Below, one piece after another: positions 1 through 10,391 of a DNA stretch of 64,000 bases; position 1 is the stretch's first letter, and each line of letters begins with the position of its first letter. This DNA comes from an uncultured Oleiphilus sp. (lineage in GTDB: Bacteria > Pseudomonadota > Gammaproteobacteria > Pseudomonadales > Halomonadaceae), in contig CAYFGP010000003.1 in NCBI GenBank assembly GCA_964342385.1, forward strand, positions 69,244-133,243, written 5' to 3'. Below the pieces are notes generated by a model that was not told the origin of the DNA, searched no databases, and worked only from the letters and a program-made list of their open reading frames with translations. The translations under genes and the position numbers were made by a program.

Positions 1-146
1 ATGCAGAACTGGCGTTGTGGTTTGGTATTAAACGGCGTGATTTACCATTAATGTTTCCTAATCTGAAACACTTCTACAATATGGCTAATTTTAATCAGGC
101 TCTGCCGTTAGGTGTGGTACCAGCTGCAGCTCAAGCTCAAATATAG
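1..146 (+). CDS. 3' end of a gene entering from the left; resembles the C-terminus of DUF1501-family proteins
   Basis: The frame from nt 3 reads AELALWFGIKRRDLPLMFPNLKHFYNMANFNQALPLGVVPAAAQAQI*, with TAG at 144-146. The AELALWFG...LP...PNL pattern is recalled from DUF1501 C-termini. A palindromic hairpin follows. Confidence 0.5.
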   Translation, partial: AELALWFGIKRRDLPLMFPNLKHFYNMANFNQALPLGVVPAAAQAQI

Positions 147-170
147 GGCAGAGTGAGGCGGTTCAGGTTT

Positions 171-196
171 GCCCGAAGCTCATATGAGCTTCGGGC
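171..196. terminator. Perfect 26-bp palindrome, probable terminator/stem-loop
   Basis: GCCCGAAGCTCATATGAGCTTCGGGC is its own reverse complement and lies 25 nt after the stop at 146. Confidence 0.55.
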
Positions 197-668
197 CTTG
201 TGCGTATACACAGCGAAAAAAATAACTCGACATCGGCTTCTCTGGAATTCAGATAATAGGGCTCAGTTTGCTCAGGAAAGTTTTTTTTCGCTATTTGTTA
301 ATACACTCTGGCTTGCCAAACTTTAGTTGTTAAACACCCGTTTAAATAAAAATTCTCGATATTATTTAGTCTATTGTTGGAACATCCAGTCTTTTGTTTC
401 AAAAATGCTTTGGTTTGAGTGTTTAATCTTTCAGATAAAAGCTGTCCATTTTGGTGCAAATTGTAGGGAAAGATTGCAGTCTGTTTCAAAGTGTTTCTAT
501 CTGAGCAGAATTGAAATTAATTCACACACTTGCCCTGTTTTTTTCACGTTAATCCTTATGTTTTGCATACATATTTTTCTGATATAGGTTAGTCTTTTTG
601 CACTAGCAAGGAAGCACTATTTTGACCAGGGAGGAAAATTAAAGACGACAATATTATAAATATAAACG

Positions 669-1517
669 ATGATTATTCTTAATAAGGTATTTAGTGATTT
701 GAAAGGGGTAACCCATCTGCCTTGCCGGTCTGTTACTGGCACCGCACAGTGTAAAAATACTAATGTTTATTCCATTGAGCAGGATGTGTATGTTCTAGCA
801 GGCATACATGAAGCTGAGTTAGAAATTGCGTACACCTCACAAGATATGTTCAAAATGGTTATCCCTATTAAAGGGATGTCTGAGGTCCGTTTTGAACATA
901 TGCCTGTCACTCGTAAACCTGGTGAGCTCATCCTAATTAATTATGCTGATGGGGATGAAATTGTTACACCTCATATCGAAAGTGAGTCTATCTGCGTTGT
1001 AGGATCTGTCGATTGGTTTAAACACTATATTGGTCATATCGAAACGGTTAATGTCAGTGATTTATCACCGATCAAACCTATGTTGCAGCATTTTTATCAG
1101 TCAGTTTTTCCTCATTATTGCAATGATGCTTTACTACTAAAAAAACTCTTTTACGACATGATGTTTGATTTGCGTCTGGCATTGAAAGCAGATGAGAAGG
1201 ACGACATGATATTTAATGCCGTAGACTCTATGTTGCAATCTAATGAGTATCGCTATGTTTACCAGATAACAGAAGCATTAGATATCTCTGTTGGTAAACT
1301 CAATAGCTTGTATGAAGCGCGTCATGGGGTTGGTATCAAACGCTATTGTGAAATATATCGCATGGAATTGGCCCGTAAATATCTTTCTAATCGAAGCATG
1401 AAAATTGCTGAAGTAGCCGACTTATTAGGTTTTTCCAGTCGAGAAGGATTAAGCAAGGCATTTAAGAAATACTTTGGCACAACGATTAAAGAGTATGTGT
1501 CTCAGACTGAGCAATAA
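669..1517 (+). CDS. AraC/XylS family transcriptional regulator
   Basis: C-terminal double-HTH signature LARKYLSNRSMKIAEVADLLGFSSREGLSKAFKKYFGTT; 282 aa. Confidence 0.85.
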   Translation: MIILNKVFSDLKGVTHLPCRSVTGTAQCKNTNVYSIEQDVYVLAGIHEAELEIAYTSQDMFKMVIPIKGMSEVRFEHMPVTRKPGELILINYADGDEIVTPHIESESICVVGSVDWFKHYIGHIETVNVSDLSPIKPMLQHFYQSVFPHYCNDALLLKKLFYDMMFDLRLALKADEKDDMIFNAVDSMLQSNEYRYVYQITEALDISVGKLNSLYEARHGVGIKRYCEIYRMELARKYLSNRSMKIAEVADLLGFSSREGLSKAFKKYFGTTIKEYVSQTEQ

Positions 1518-1528
1518 GACGATTTTTT

Positions 1529-1570
1529 TGCCTCATCGGGAATAAGGCCTTGACCTGATGAGGCATTTTT
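1529..1570. terminator. Intrinsic terminator between convergent genes
   Basis: TGCCTCATCGGG...CCTGATGAGGCA stem with T-runs on both sides, between the stops at 1517 (+) and 1631 (-). Confidence 0.6.
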
Positions 1571-1630
1571 ATGTTCTAGGCTAGATAGTGATGGGAGGGC
1601 AATATCTTGCACAACGCTCTCTTATTAAAA

Positions 1631-2410
1631 CTAACTACCATCGGAAAATAATTTATATATCTTCAGTGGCGGTGGTTGCAAGCCATACAGAGCAAATAGT
1701 TCATCCATTTGTGGGCCCTTGCACTTCAACAGCAACTGGTTGAACTCCTCAACGTCGATTGGGGATGAGGGCAGTGTGATAAACTGTCGGTTATAGCTGT
1801 GATCCTCTTTGGGATCGATTTTGAACTTTTGGTATCGCTCCGGTTCAGAAACGGAGATCCAATTTAACAGGGATTCACTAATGATCCCCTTTTCTGTCCT
1901 GCCATGCTCAACCAATCGAATGACAGCCTGTTCATTTTTTACCAGACGAACATAGTCTAGCTTGGGTAGATTTTTAGATTGATAATCCGCAAAAGCATAG
2001 TAAAACCCGGTTACCGCTGCCAGGGTGCCTTTGTTTTCAGGATGAATATTATCCGTCAGACTAAAAAATAGATCTCTGCCATCTGTTAGCGTCAGGCTAC
2101 CAATTCCACCTCGTTTTACCCAACCCCATTCGACATTATTAAAAGCGATCATATCTGGCGTATCGTATTTATCAGTAGACAGAAGACGTTTTACAGGGAC
2201 CAAACGAGCGGAGAAGTGATATTTATCCTGCTTTTTATTTAGAAACTCTAAAAAATCGTAGACCAACCCTTGCTTAGTCTCTGGGTTGACGACAAAGGGA
2301 GGCTGAATAGACGTAAGACCCACATTGACCAGTTGGGTAGCATTGGCTGCTGTTGTAACCAGCAGGGTACTCAGGCTTAAGGTTGTGAGTAGACGTCTCA
2401 GGTAAGGCAT
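1631..2410 (-). CDS. Periplasmic solute-binding protein (family 3-like, amino-acid type), standalone
   Basis: Signal peptide (LLTTLSLSTLLVTTAANA), PPFVV motif, PVKRL and LVEHGRTE segments typical of SBP_bac_3-like proteins; 259 aa. Confidence 0.7.
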   Translation of the reverse strand: MPYLRRLLTTLSLSTLLVTTAANATQLVNVGLTSIQPPFVVNPETKQGLVYDFLEFLNKKQDKYHFSARLVPVKRLLSTDKYDTPDMIAFNNVEWGWVKRGGIGSLTLTDGRDLFFSLTDNIHPENKGTLAAVTGFYYAFADYQSKNLPKLDYVRLVKNEQAVIRLVEHGRTEKGIISESLLNWISVSEPERYQKFKIDPKEDHSYNRQFITLPSSPIDVEEFNQLLLKCKGPQMDELFALYGLQPPPLKIYKLFSDGS

Positions 2411-2977
2411 AAACTAAACTCTGTTGCTGCGCTGCCCACCATTATAGGGACTACTTGCAAAAGCGCCAATGAAGTATTTTTGATGCAGGTCTCAATTTAC
2501 TCTATTGCATTCTGTTGTGTTCTGCAGTTTCAGCTCGCTTCGGCCTGTATTGTGGAGGTACAGGTATTCACATTCAGATTCTTTATCCCAGTATTTATAT
2601 CCTGGTACTTACTATTCAGTCACCTGCATCAAGATGGCCAAAAAGCACTCGCAAAAGGCTTTTAGTCTTTTCTGGCGGTTTTTCTTGTTTCTATGCTTAT
2701 TGCTTGAACGTCTGATCTTTCAGGGGCTTAAAGACCATCCCTTAGAAAATCTAAGTTGTGCCCGGCGAAATTCTCTGATCTGTTGCACTTTTATTTCATC
2801 TTGGTGCAACAAAGCCCTCCTAATATGGCCCCGCACTCTGGTTCAAGCAAGAGTGACAGCAAGGGCGGCAGTATCTACACGTCAGTATTTGACGAAAGAT
2901 CGACTATTTAACGCTCTTAAATTTTTAAGGCCGAACTCAACGTTATTACGGCACAGTTTAGAAGAGCTATTACTCAA

Positions 2978-4234
2978 ATGGGCAAACTAATCCTGATTAT
3001 GGTTGATGGTATCGCGGCGGATTACTTCGAGAAGATTCGTCACCAGTTACCCACATTAAACCGTTTGGCAAAAAACGGTACCCAGGTTCAAGGGGTAAGC
3101 CCAGAGATGTGTGGTACTTCATGCCCGGGGCGTACCTCGATTATTACTGCCGCGGCTCCGGCTGAGCATGAGGTATATGGCAACTTTATTCTCGATGGCG
3201 AAGCGTTCCGCTGGGCCAATCCTTATGATGTGAAAGCAGAAACTTTACCTCAGTTGGCGAAACAGCAAGGTAAAGACGTGGCTTGTATCGGTTACGGCAT
3301 GGTACGTCCTGAAGATTGCACCACCTATGTCGGCCCTTGGTGGGTGGATGAGATGCTGATGTGCGGTAAAGATGCGGAGCCTATCCCAGCCGATCTGCAG
3401 TGGCAGCATTGTGGTAAGACATTTGATTCCGAAGGTCGTATCGAAGCTTTGTACAAACAGGGTATGGCTAAACCACCGGTGACGCCGAATCAAAAGCCGG
3501 AATTTAAACTGCAACTGGGTATGCTGGCAGATCATCAATTGTTAGATATCGCCGCTGGTTTGGCAACATCCGAGCAGGCCCCGGATCTGATCCTGCTAGA
3601 GATCGCGATTACCGACTACTTCCTGCATAAATACGGTGCGGATCATCCATTAACTGAGTGGTCTATGCGTGTGGCCGATGCGCAGATTGGCAGTCTGATC
3701 ACCCGTTTGGAAACCGCCGGTAAACTGGATGAATACAACTTTGCCATTATGAGTGATCACGGTCATGCACCAATGCCGGATGCCTTATATGTAGATCGTA
3801 TCCTGGGTGAGGACGTGAACTGGTCCAGTGAAGGTGCTGTGTTGATGGTGAAACTACGGGATAAACAGCATGCCCATGAAGTTACGCTGGCACTGACCGA
3901 GTTTGGTATCCAGCTGTGGGATAACAACCATCTGCCAGAAAAACTGCGGGATGATGTAATCACCTTTATTACGCCAAAAGGTTCGGATATCAGTTTTGAA
4001 GCCGCACCTGCTGATGCGCCGGAAGGTTACTACGGCAAATCCAAATATCTATCCAATCACGGTATGCGTCCAGGGCGTCGTGAAGACTTCCGCTTCTGTA
4101 TTTTCAGCGGCCCGGATGTACCTAAACAGATTTTACCCACCGCCTACAACCATCAGGTGGCACCAACGGCGGCAGCCATTCTGGGGGTAGAAACCCCATG
4201 GCACGCCCAACCGATCTTTCAAAGCAATGAATAG
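2978..4234 (+). CDS. Alkaline phosphatase superfamily hydrolase (nucleotide pyrophosphatase/phosphodiesterase or phosphonoacetate hydrolase-like), cytoplasmic
   Basis: N-terminal ILIMVDG metal Asp, ITDYFLHKYG (D-x3-H), SDHGH and SNHG metal motifs; nucleophile region TSCPGRTSIIT; no signal peptide. Confidence 0.8.
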   Translation: MGKLILIMVDGIAADYFEKIRHQLPTLNRLAKNGTQVQGVSPEMCGTSCPGRTSIITAAAPAEHEVYGNFILDGEAFRWANPYDVKAETLPQLAKQQGKDVACIGYGMVRPEDCTTYVGPWWVDEMLMCGKDAEPIPADLQWQHCGKTFDSEGRIEALYKQGMAKPPVTPNQKPEFKLQLGMLADHQLLDIAAGLATSEQAPDLILLEIAITDYFLHKYGADHPLTEWSMRVADAQIGSLITRLETAGKLDEYNFAIMSDHGHAPMPDALYVDRILGEDVNWSSEGAVLMVKLRDKQHAHEVTLALTEFGIQLWDNNHLPEKLRDDVITFITPKGSDISFEAAPADAPEGYYGKSKYLSNHGMRPGRREDFRFCIFSGPDVPKQILPTAYNHQVAPTAAAILGVETPWHAQPIFQSNE

Positions 4235-4277
4235 CTGACTTTAGTCGTCTGACGGTGCGTTGTCCCAAAGGGATGAG

Positions 4278-4322
4278 TTTTAGTGGGCTGAATCTCAGTC
4301 GGATAAGTCTCAGTGGGATAAA
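4278..4322. repeat. Degenerate 15-bp tandem repeat (2 clear copies plus 1 degenerate)
   Basis: TCTCAGTCGGATAAG (4293-4307) and TCTCAGTGGGATAAA (4308-4322), preceded by TTTTAGTGGGCTGAA. Confidence 0.5.
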
Positions 4323-4493
4323 CCGTCTTTAAGCTGACCAGGCAGATCTGCGCTTTAGCGTTTCGTTAAGGCAAAGAATGCACCGAAAAAATACAAATGT
4401 ATTGAGCCTTTCGTCTCTGATTTTCAGAGGCGCTGGTCAGCTCTTTTCTGAATTTACGTTATAGACCAAAAATTTGAGTAACAGGAGCAACCC

Positions 4494-5996
4494 ATGAAGA
4501 AGGTGTTTAAATCCCTGGCCCTGGTTTCTGCCATTGGTGCCGCAGCGATCGTAGGTACTACAGCAAGTGTTGAAGCGTTAGCAGGTACCGTACGTGTTGC
4601 CCATGATGCGGGTTATGCCGGTGCAGAATCCCTGGACCCAATCTCACCGACCCGTTTCTATTACGCCAACCAGATGCTGTACTCACGTCTGGTGCGCCAG
4701 GACGAAAACGGTTCACCTTCTGCTGAAATTGCCAAAAGCTGGAAAGCTTCTGCAGATGCCAAGACCTGGACCTTTAACCTGCGTAAAGGTGTGAAGTTCC
4801 ATGATGGTTCCGATCTGACCGCTGCGGATGTGAAATACACCCTGGAGCGTATTAAAGATCCTAAGATTGATTCCCCGGTTGCGGCGGTACTGGGTGTGAT
4901 CTCCAGTGTTGATGCGGTGGATGATTACACCGTGCGTATCAACCTGTCTGCGCCACACGCTGACTTGCCTCTACTGCTGATGGATTACCGTGTCCGTCTG
5001 ATTCCTGAAGGTGCAGGCGACACTATCGCTGAAACCGGTATTGGTTCCGGTCCTTTTATTCTGGAAGAGCTGGATCCGGAAGGTACTACCGTCCTGCGTG
5101 CTAACCCGAATTACTGGGAAGGTAAACCTGCTGCGGATTATATGGAAATTATCGGTATCTCTGACTCCCAGGCACGGGTTCAGGCGTTGCTAGCCGGTCA
5201 GCTGGATATGGAAGACAGTGTACTGCCGCAGCAGGTTCGTCTGTTTAAGAGCAGTGGCAAGTTCAAAACTCAGAATATTGCGACCGGTGAATGGCGTGGT
5301 CTGGTTTTCCGCACCGATATGGCCCCTTACGACGATGCCCGTGTACGTAAAGCACTGCGTTTAGCGGTAGATCGTGACGAGATGATGAAACTGGTATCCG
5401 GTCAGGGTGCAGGCATCGTGACCTGTGACCACCCGGTTTGGTCCGGTGATCAGTATCGAGCCGATATCGACTGTGGCCAGAATATCGCTGAAGCGAAAAA
5501 ACTGCTGAAAGAAGCGGGCTATCCAAATGGTATCGACGTAGAGATCAGCTCTGCGGATAACGAGCCAGAGTGGATCCGCATGATTGAGGTATACCAGCAG
5601 CAGGCGAAAAAGGCCGGTATCAATATCAAGCTGAATATGGTGCCTTCTGACGGTTACTGGAGCGATGTATGGATGAAAGATCCAGCCGTTGCCACCCGCT
5701 GGTCCCAGCGTCCAGCAGATCAGGTGCTGAACGAAGCCTTCCGTTCTACTGCCGCTTGGAACGAGACCTTCTTTAAAAATCGGAGCTTTGACCAGCTGTT
5801 AGACAGTGCTCGTAGTGAACTGGATTTCGACAAGCGTAAAGGTCTGTATGCGGATCTACAGAACACCTTGTGGAATGAAGGTGGCGCACTGATTCCTTAC
5901 CACCTGAATCAGGTTCGTGTGATGAACAGCAATCTGGTTGGTGTTGATCCGGTTGAGTACTGGTCAATCCGCTGGCACAAGGTTGATGTGAAGTAG
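4494..5996 (+). CDS. ABC transporter substrate-binding protein, family 5 (DppA/OppA/NikA-like)
   Basis: Signal peptide; family-5 signature LAKSW/WTFNLRKGVKFHDGSDLTAADVKYT; IGSGPF; 500 aa. Confidence 0.92.
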   Translation: MKKVFKSLALVSAIGAAAIVGTTASVEALAGTVRVAHDAGYAGAESLDPISPTRFYYANQMLYSRLVRQDENGSPSAEIAKSWKASADAKTWTFNLRKGVKFHDGSDLTAADVKYTLERIKDPKIDSPVAAVLGVISSVDAVDDYTVRINLSAPHADLPLLLMDYRVRLIPEGAGDTIAETGIGSGPFILEELDPEGTTVLRANPNYWEGKPAADYMEIIGISDSQARVQALLAGQLDMEDSVLPQQVRLFKSSGKFKTQNIATGEWRGLVFRTDMAPYDDARVRKALRLAVDRDEMMKLVSGQGAGIVTCDHPVWSGDQYRADIDCGQNIAEAKKLLKEAGYPNGIDVEISSADNEPEWIRMIEVYQQQAKKAGINIKLNMVPSDGYWSDVWMKDPAVATRWSQRPADQVLNEAFRSTAAWNETFFKNRSFDQLLDSARSELDFDKRKGLYADLQNTLWNEGGALIPYHLNQVRVMNSNLVGVDPVEYWSIRWHKVDVK

Positions 5997-6279
5997 TTCA
6001 CTTCAAACCGATCGCCCTATTCAGCTGCTTCCCTGCCGGGTAGGGCGTTTGTACCCACTTACACAAAAGCATTTCGATATTCCTTGGTCAACGGCTGAAG
6101 AGAAACTCTTGTGTGAGTGCTTATGTGTGAACCACTGTGTTTGTTTCAGATAACTCCATTTGGTTACTACAAGCCTTTTAGCTTTTATGCCTAACGTATG
6201 CCCTCTGAATCGAGTGCCCGCTGGGGTTATCTGAAACAACATATCCGCAATAAAGAAAAACCAATAAAGATTTAAGACA

Positions 6280-7227
6280 ATGATAAAGCTGATTCTTCAA
6301 CGGATGTTTCTGGCCGTACTCACCCTGATCGGGGTGTGCGTGCTGGTATTTTCTGTGACAGAGGCTCTACCCGGAGATGCCTGTAGCGCCTTTTTAGGTC
6401 GTGATGCCCAAGGCACCCGTCTGGAAAACTGCCGCCAGGAAAGAGGGTTATACAAACCTGCTATTGAGCGTTTTGCTGAGTGGGGCGGTGGCGTGCTTCA
6501 GGGGGATCTGGGTCGCTCACTGAAACGCAATAAATCGATCAATAAGCTGGTGGGCACTCGTATGCGCAATACTGCCGTGCTGGGACTGACCGCCGCCGCA
6601 ATCGGTATCCCGTTGGCGATTCTGTTGGGTGTTTTGGCAGCCTTGTATCGGGATAAAAAGACCGATGTCACCATCTCCACCAGTGCTATTTTCGCCATGA
6701 CTATCCCTGAATTTGTTACGGCTACCCTGTTGATCTATCTGTTTGCGATTCAATTGCAGTGGTTCCCGGCGGTTACAACGGTACGCCATACCGCCCCGCT
6801 ATCAGATCTACTACCCAATATTATCCTGCCGGTAATCACCCTGGCCTTTGTCATGATGGCTCATATTCTGCGCATGGTACGTAGCGCCATGATCGATGTG
6901 ATGGCCAGTGATTTTGTTCAGATGGCAAAACTGAAAGGGGTGCCTTACTGGCATATCGTTTGGTTCCACGCACTGCCAAATGCCATGCTACCTGCGGTAA
7001 ACGTCATCGCGCTGACCATCGCTTGGTTGCTGGGTGGTGTCGTGATTATCGAACAGGTGTTTAACTTCCCGGGTATCGGCACTCTGATGATTCGAGCCAT
7101 TTACGATCGTGATCTGCCTTTAGTGCAGGCGATTGCCCTGATTCTGGCGGCGGTTTATATCGCCTGTAACCTGATTGCGGATCTGTGTTCTCTGGCACTG
7201 AGCCCGCGTTTAAGAACCGCACGTTAA
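6280..7227 (+). CDS. ABC transporter permease (DppB/OppB-like)
   Basis: Multiple TM helices; EAA-like loop MASDFVQMAKLKG; HALPNAMLP; VVIIEQVFNFPGIG. Confidence 0.92.
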   Translation: MIKLILQRMFLAVLTLIGVCVLVFSVTEALPGDACSAFLGRDAQGTRLENCRQERGLYKPAIERFAEWGGGVLQGDLGRSLKRNKSINKLVGTRMRNTAVLGLTAAAIGIPLAILLGVLAALYRDKKTDVTISTSAIFAMTIPEFVTATLLIYLFAIQLQWFPAVTTVRHTAPLSDLLPNIILPVITLAFVMMAHILRMVRSAMIDVMASDFVQMAKLKGVPYWHIVWFHALPNAMLPAVNVIALTIAWLLGGVVIIEQVFNFPGIGTLMIRAIYDRDLPLVQAIALILAAVYIACNLIADLCSLALSPRLRTAR

Positions 7228-7245
7228 GGCATAAGGAGCTAAATA

Positions 7246-8166
7246 ATGACGCAACAAAACAGCTTAATTGTGCCTGATCAGGCGACAAGCGCGCTATTGA
7301 ACAGTGAGCTAAAGCGGGAATCCCGTATCACTCAGGTGTGGCGCAGTATGCGTAAATCACCGTCCGGTATGATCGGCATGATCGTATTGGCCCTGCATTT
7401 GGTGATCGCTGTAATTGCCCCGTGGATCGTGCCCTTTGATTGGACCCTGCAGGATGGCTATCGCATGTTGTTGGCCCCAGATGCCAATAATTGGCTGGGT
7501 ACCGACAATATGGGACGGGATATTCTCAGCCGTACCCTGATGGGCGGTCGTACCGCAATTCTAGTCACGCTATCGGGCACTGCTGTGGCGATGATTTGGG
7601 GCAGTCTGGCAGGCATGATGCTAGGTTTTGTCGGCGGTCGTATCGACGAATGGGTGATGCGTGTGGTGGATGCTCTGTTAGCCATCCCCTGGTTACTGTT
7701 CCTATTGCTGATTATCGCCTTGGTCGGCCAGGAGCTGTGGACACTGATTGTCACTCTGGGTTTCTTCTACGGTATCGCCGTGATTCGCGTGGTACGAGGT
7801 GCCACCCTGGAGTTTGTCTCCCGTGATTTTGTCACTGCAGCCCGTACCCGTGGCGAAAGCAAAATGACCATCGTGGTTAAAGAGCTGCTGCCTAATGTGC
7901 TGGATGCGGTACTGGTAGAAGGTGCCATGCGTTGGGCCTGGATGCTGCTGGCGTTTAGCTCCCTCTCTTTCCTGGGTTTTGGTGTGGTACCACCGACGCC
8001 GGACTGGGGCCTGATGATTGCCGATGCCCGCGGCATGATCTCAATCGCGCCTTGGGCGGTGCTGTTCCCGGCCCTGGCCCTGTCTACTTTGATTATCAGT
8101 ATTAACCTGACCGCAGACGCTTTTGCTAAAGCCATGGGTCTTGATCGTGCCAAGGCTCCGGTTTAA
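7246..8166 (+). CDS. ABC transporter permease (DppC/OppC-like)
   Basis: WLGTDNMGRDILSR motif, FVTAARTRG EAA loop, LSFLGFG...PPTPDWG. Confidence 0.92.
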   Translation: MTQQNSLIVPDQATSALLNSELKRESRITQVWRSMRKSPSGMIGMIVLALHLVIAVIAPWIVPFDWTLQDGYRMLLAPDANNWLGTDNMGRDILSRTLMGGRTAILVTLSGTAVAMIWGSLAGMMLGFVGGRIDEWVMRVVDALLAIPWLLFLLLIIALVGQELWTLIVTLGFFYGIAVIRVVRGATLEFVSRDFVTAARTRGESKMTIVVKELLPNVLDAVLVEGAMRWAWMLLAFSSLSFLGFGVVPPTPDWGLMIADARGMISIAPWAVLFPALALSTLIISINLTADAFAKAMGLDRAKAPV

Positions 8167-8189
8167 CCGCCTGGCCAGTTGATGGAGTT

Positions 8190-10391
8190 TTGAATATGAA
8201 CGCAGCCACCATTTTATCCGTGAAAGAGTTTTCACTGGGATATCACAACGGTAAAGGCGAACTGGTTAAGGTACTGAGAAACGTTAATCTGGATATTGCT
8301 CATGGCGAGACCATTGGTCTGGTGGGTGAGTCCGGGTGTGGTAAAAGTACTCTGGCCTTGGCGCTGATGGGCTTTTTACGTTCGGGTTCTCAAGTACTGA
8401 ACGGCGATATTCTATATAAGCCAGAAGAGGCCGATAGCAAAGCATTGTTTACTCTGCCGGAAAAACAGATCGAAGCAATGCGTGGTAAACAGATCGGTCT
8501 GATTCCACAAAACGCCGGTCAATCCCTGACTCCGACTATGACGATTGGCCGCCAGTTGGAAGAAGCGCTTAAGCTGCATACCCTGTTACCAAAAGAGCAG
8601 TGGTATGGACGTTGTCTGGAGCTATTGGCCCAGGTGCGTTTACCAGCACCGGAAGCGATGATGGAGCGTTATCCGCACCAGTTATCCGGTGGTCAGCAGC
8701 AGCGTGTCGCCATTGCGATGGCGCTGGCCGGTAACCCCGATGTCTTATTGTTGGATGAACCTACTACTGGTCTGGATGTGACCACCCAGGCTCATATTCT
8801 GGAGCTATTACGGGATCTGCGTGCTGAGCTAGGTACCAGTATGGTGTTTGTCAGTCATGATCTGGGTGTGATTGCCCGAATCAGTGATCGCATTGCTGTA
8901 ATGTATGCCGGTGAAGTGATTGAGTTGGGTAGTTCTGCTGATGTATTGCGTCACCCTGCTCATGCCTATACCCGAGGTCTGCTGGCTTCGATTCCACGTT
9001 TACACCAGCAGGGTTTGCCACCGGCGATGCCCGGTTATCCACCAAAAGTGGGTTCGGTGAACCTGGGCTGTGCCTTTGCCCCTCGTTGTGCCCAGTGCCT
9101 GCCGAAGTGTAGCAGTCAGGATGCGCCGATTCGTGCCTTGCCTGCGATGACTTCATCAGCTGCAGCTTCACAAGCGCGTTTGGTGCGCTGTCATCTGCCG
9201 GAAGATACCCTGATTCAAAGCCAGCCCGTTGAACTGGTACAGGTACCGGAACAAGCGCAGGGTGAAACCTTGCTGGATCTGGATCAGGTGGCGGTGAGTT
9301 ATCAGAAATCCAGTTGGATGGATAAGCTGATCGCCAGCACTCTGGAAAAGACGGGTTTAAAACAATCTGCCATTCATAAAGGCAAAGAGAGTGATATCCC
9401 GACAGTGGACGATATCAGTCTGCAGGTAAAACAGGGCGAAACCTTGGCTTTGGTGGGTGAATCCGGTAGTGGTAAATCTACGATTATGAAGGCGATCAGC
9501 GGTGTCCATGCCGCCCGGAATGGCGATATCCAATTGGCCAGCGATAGCCTGAATCAATCCGTTGATAAGCGTCATCCTGCGTTGAAGCGTCGGGTGCAGA
9601 TGATCTTCCAAAACCCTGATGCTTCTTTAAATCCCCGTCATACGGTAGCTGAGATTCTGGCCCAACCGCTGAAACTCTATTTTGGTCTGACCGGTGATGA
9701 GAGCCGTGCTAAAGCCGCTGAGCTATTAAGCAAGGTACGACTGGGCGCTCATTATCTGGATCGTATGCCTGGGCAGCTGTCCGGTGGTGAAAAACAGCGT
9801 GTGGCCATTGCCCGTTGTTTTGCTGGTGATCCTGAGCTGATTTTGTGTGATGAGGTGACTTCGGCACTGGATGTCTCGGTACAGGCGGCGGTACTCAAAC
9901 TGCTGAAAGAGTTGCAGGCAGAGAAAGGCGTGACCTATCTGTTTATCGCCCACGATCTGGCAGTAGTTCAAGCCATTGCAGATCAGGTTGCGGTATTGTA
10001 CCAAGGCCGTCTGGTACAGGTGGGCTCTGTTAATGATGTCTTCCAGGGGCCGCATCACCCCTATACCGAAACCCTGTTAAAAGCGGTACTGGAACCCGAT
10101 CCTGATCATAGCCCGGAACTGTTGGCCAGTGATCAACCGGAGCAACATCCACCAGCACAGGGCTGTGCTTATCAGCGCCGCTGCAACCGTGCTACTGAGC
10201 AGTGTATGCAGCAAACTCCACCGTGGCAGGAAGTGCTGTCTTCAGATGTTGGTAAAGGCGAAAACGTTGCCACTAACCGTATTCGTTGCCATCTACCACT
10301 GGAATCCCTGTCGGCAGAACTCGCAGAACCTGTAGAAGCCAATGACATTCTGGTTAATACCAGTGAGCCAGAGACGGTTTGTGCGGCTTAA
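8190..10391 (+). CDS. Fused double ABC ATPase (DppD-DppF-like); start may be the ATG at 8196
   Basis: Two NBDs: GESGCGKS/LSGGQQQR/LLDEPT and GESGSGKS/LSGGEKQR/LCDEVT, each followed by a Cys-rich oligopeptide-ABC C-terminal domain. Confidence 0.92.
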   Translation: MNMNAATILSVKEFSLGYHNGKGELVKVLRNVNLDIAHGETIGLVGESGCGKSTLALALMGFLRSGSQVLNGDILYKPEEADSKALFTLPEKQIEAMRGKQIGLIPQNAGQSLTPTMTIGRQLEEALKLHTLLPKEQWYGRCLELLAQVRLPAPEAMMERYPHQLSGGQQQRVAIAMALAGNPDVLLLDEPTTGLDVTTQAHILELLRDLRAELGTSMVFVSHDLGVIARISDRIAVMYAGEVIELGSSADVLRHPAHAYTRGLLASIPRLHQQGLPPAMPGYPPKVGSVNLGCAFAPRCAQCLPKCSSQDAPIRALPAMTSSAAASQARLVRCHLPEDTLIQSQPVELVQVPEQAQGETLLDLDQVAVSYQKSSWMDKLIASTLEKTGLKQSAIHKGKESDIPTVDDISLQVKQGETLALVGESGSGKSTIMKAISGVHAARNGDIQLASDSLNQSVDKRHPALKRRVQMIFQNPDASLNPRHTVAEILAQPLKLYFGLTGDESRAKAAELLSKVRLGAHYLDRMPGQLSGGEKQRVAIARCFAGDPELILCDEVTSALDVSVQAAVLKLLKELQAEKGVTYLFIAHDLAVVQAIADQVAVLYQGRLVQVGSVNDVFQGPHHPYTETLLKAVLEPDPDHSPELLASDQPEQHPPAQGCAYQRRCNRATEQCMQQTPPWQEVLSSDVGKGENVATNRIRCHLPLESLSAELAEPVEANDILVNTSEPETVCAA

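Noticed and set aside
298-587. Short ORFs 298-489 (-) and 327-587 (+)
   Set aside because: No RBS or motif and non-protein-like composition; most likely chance ORFs in AT-rich intergenic DNA.
2480-2990. ORFs 2480-2665, 2505-2990 and 2515-2715
   Set aside because: Three overlapping frames with no motif, lying across the divergent promoter region.
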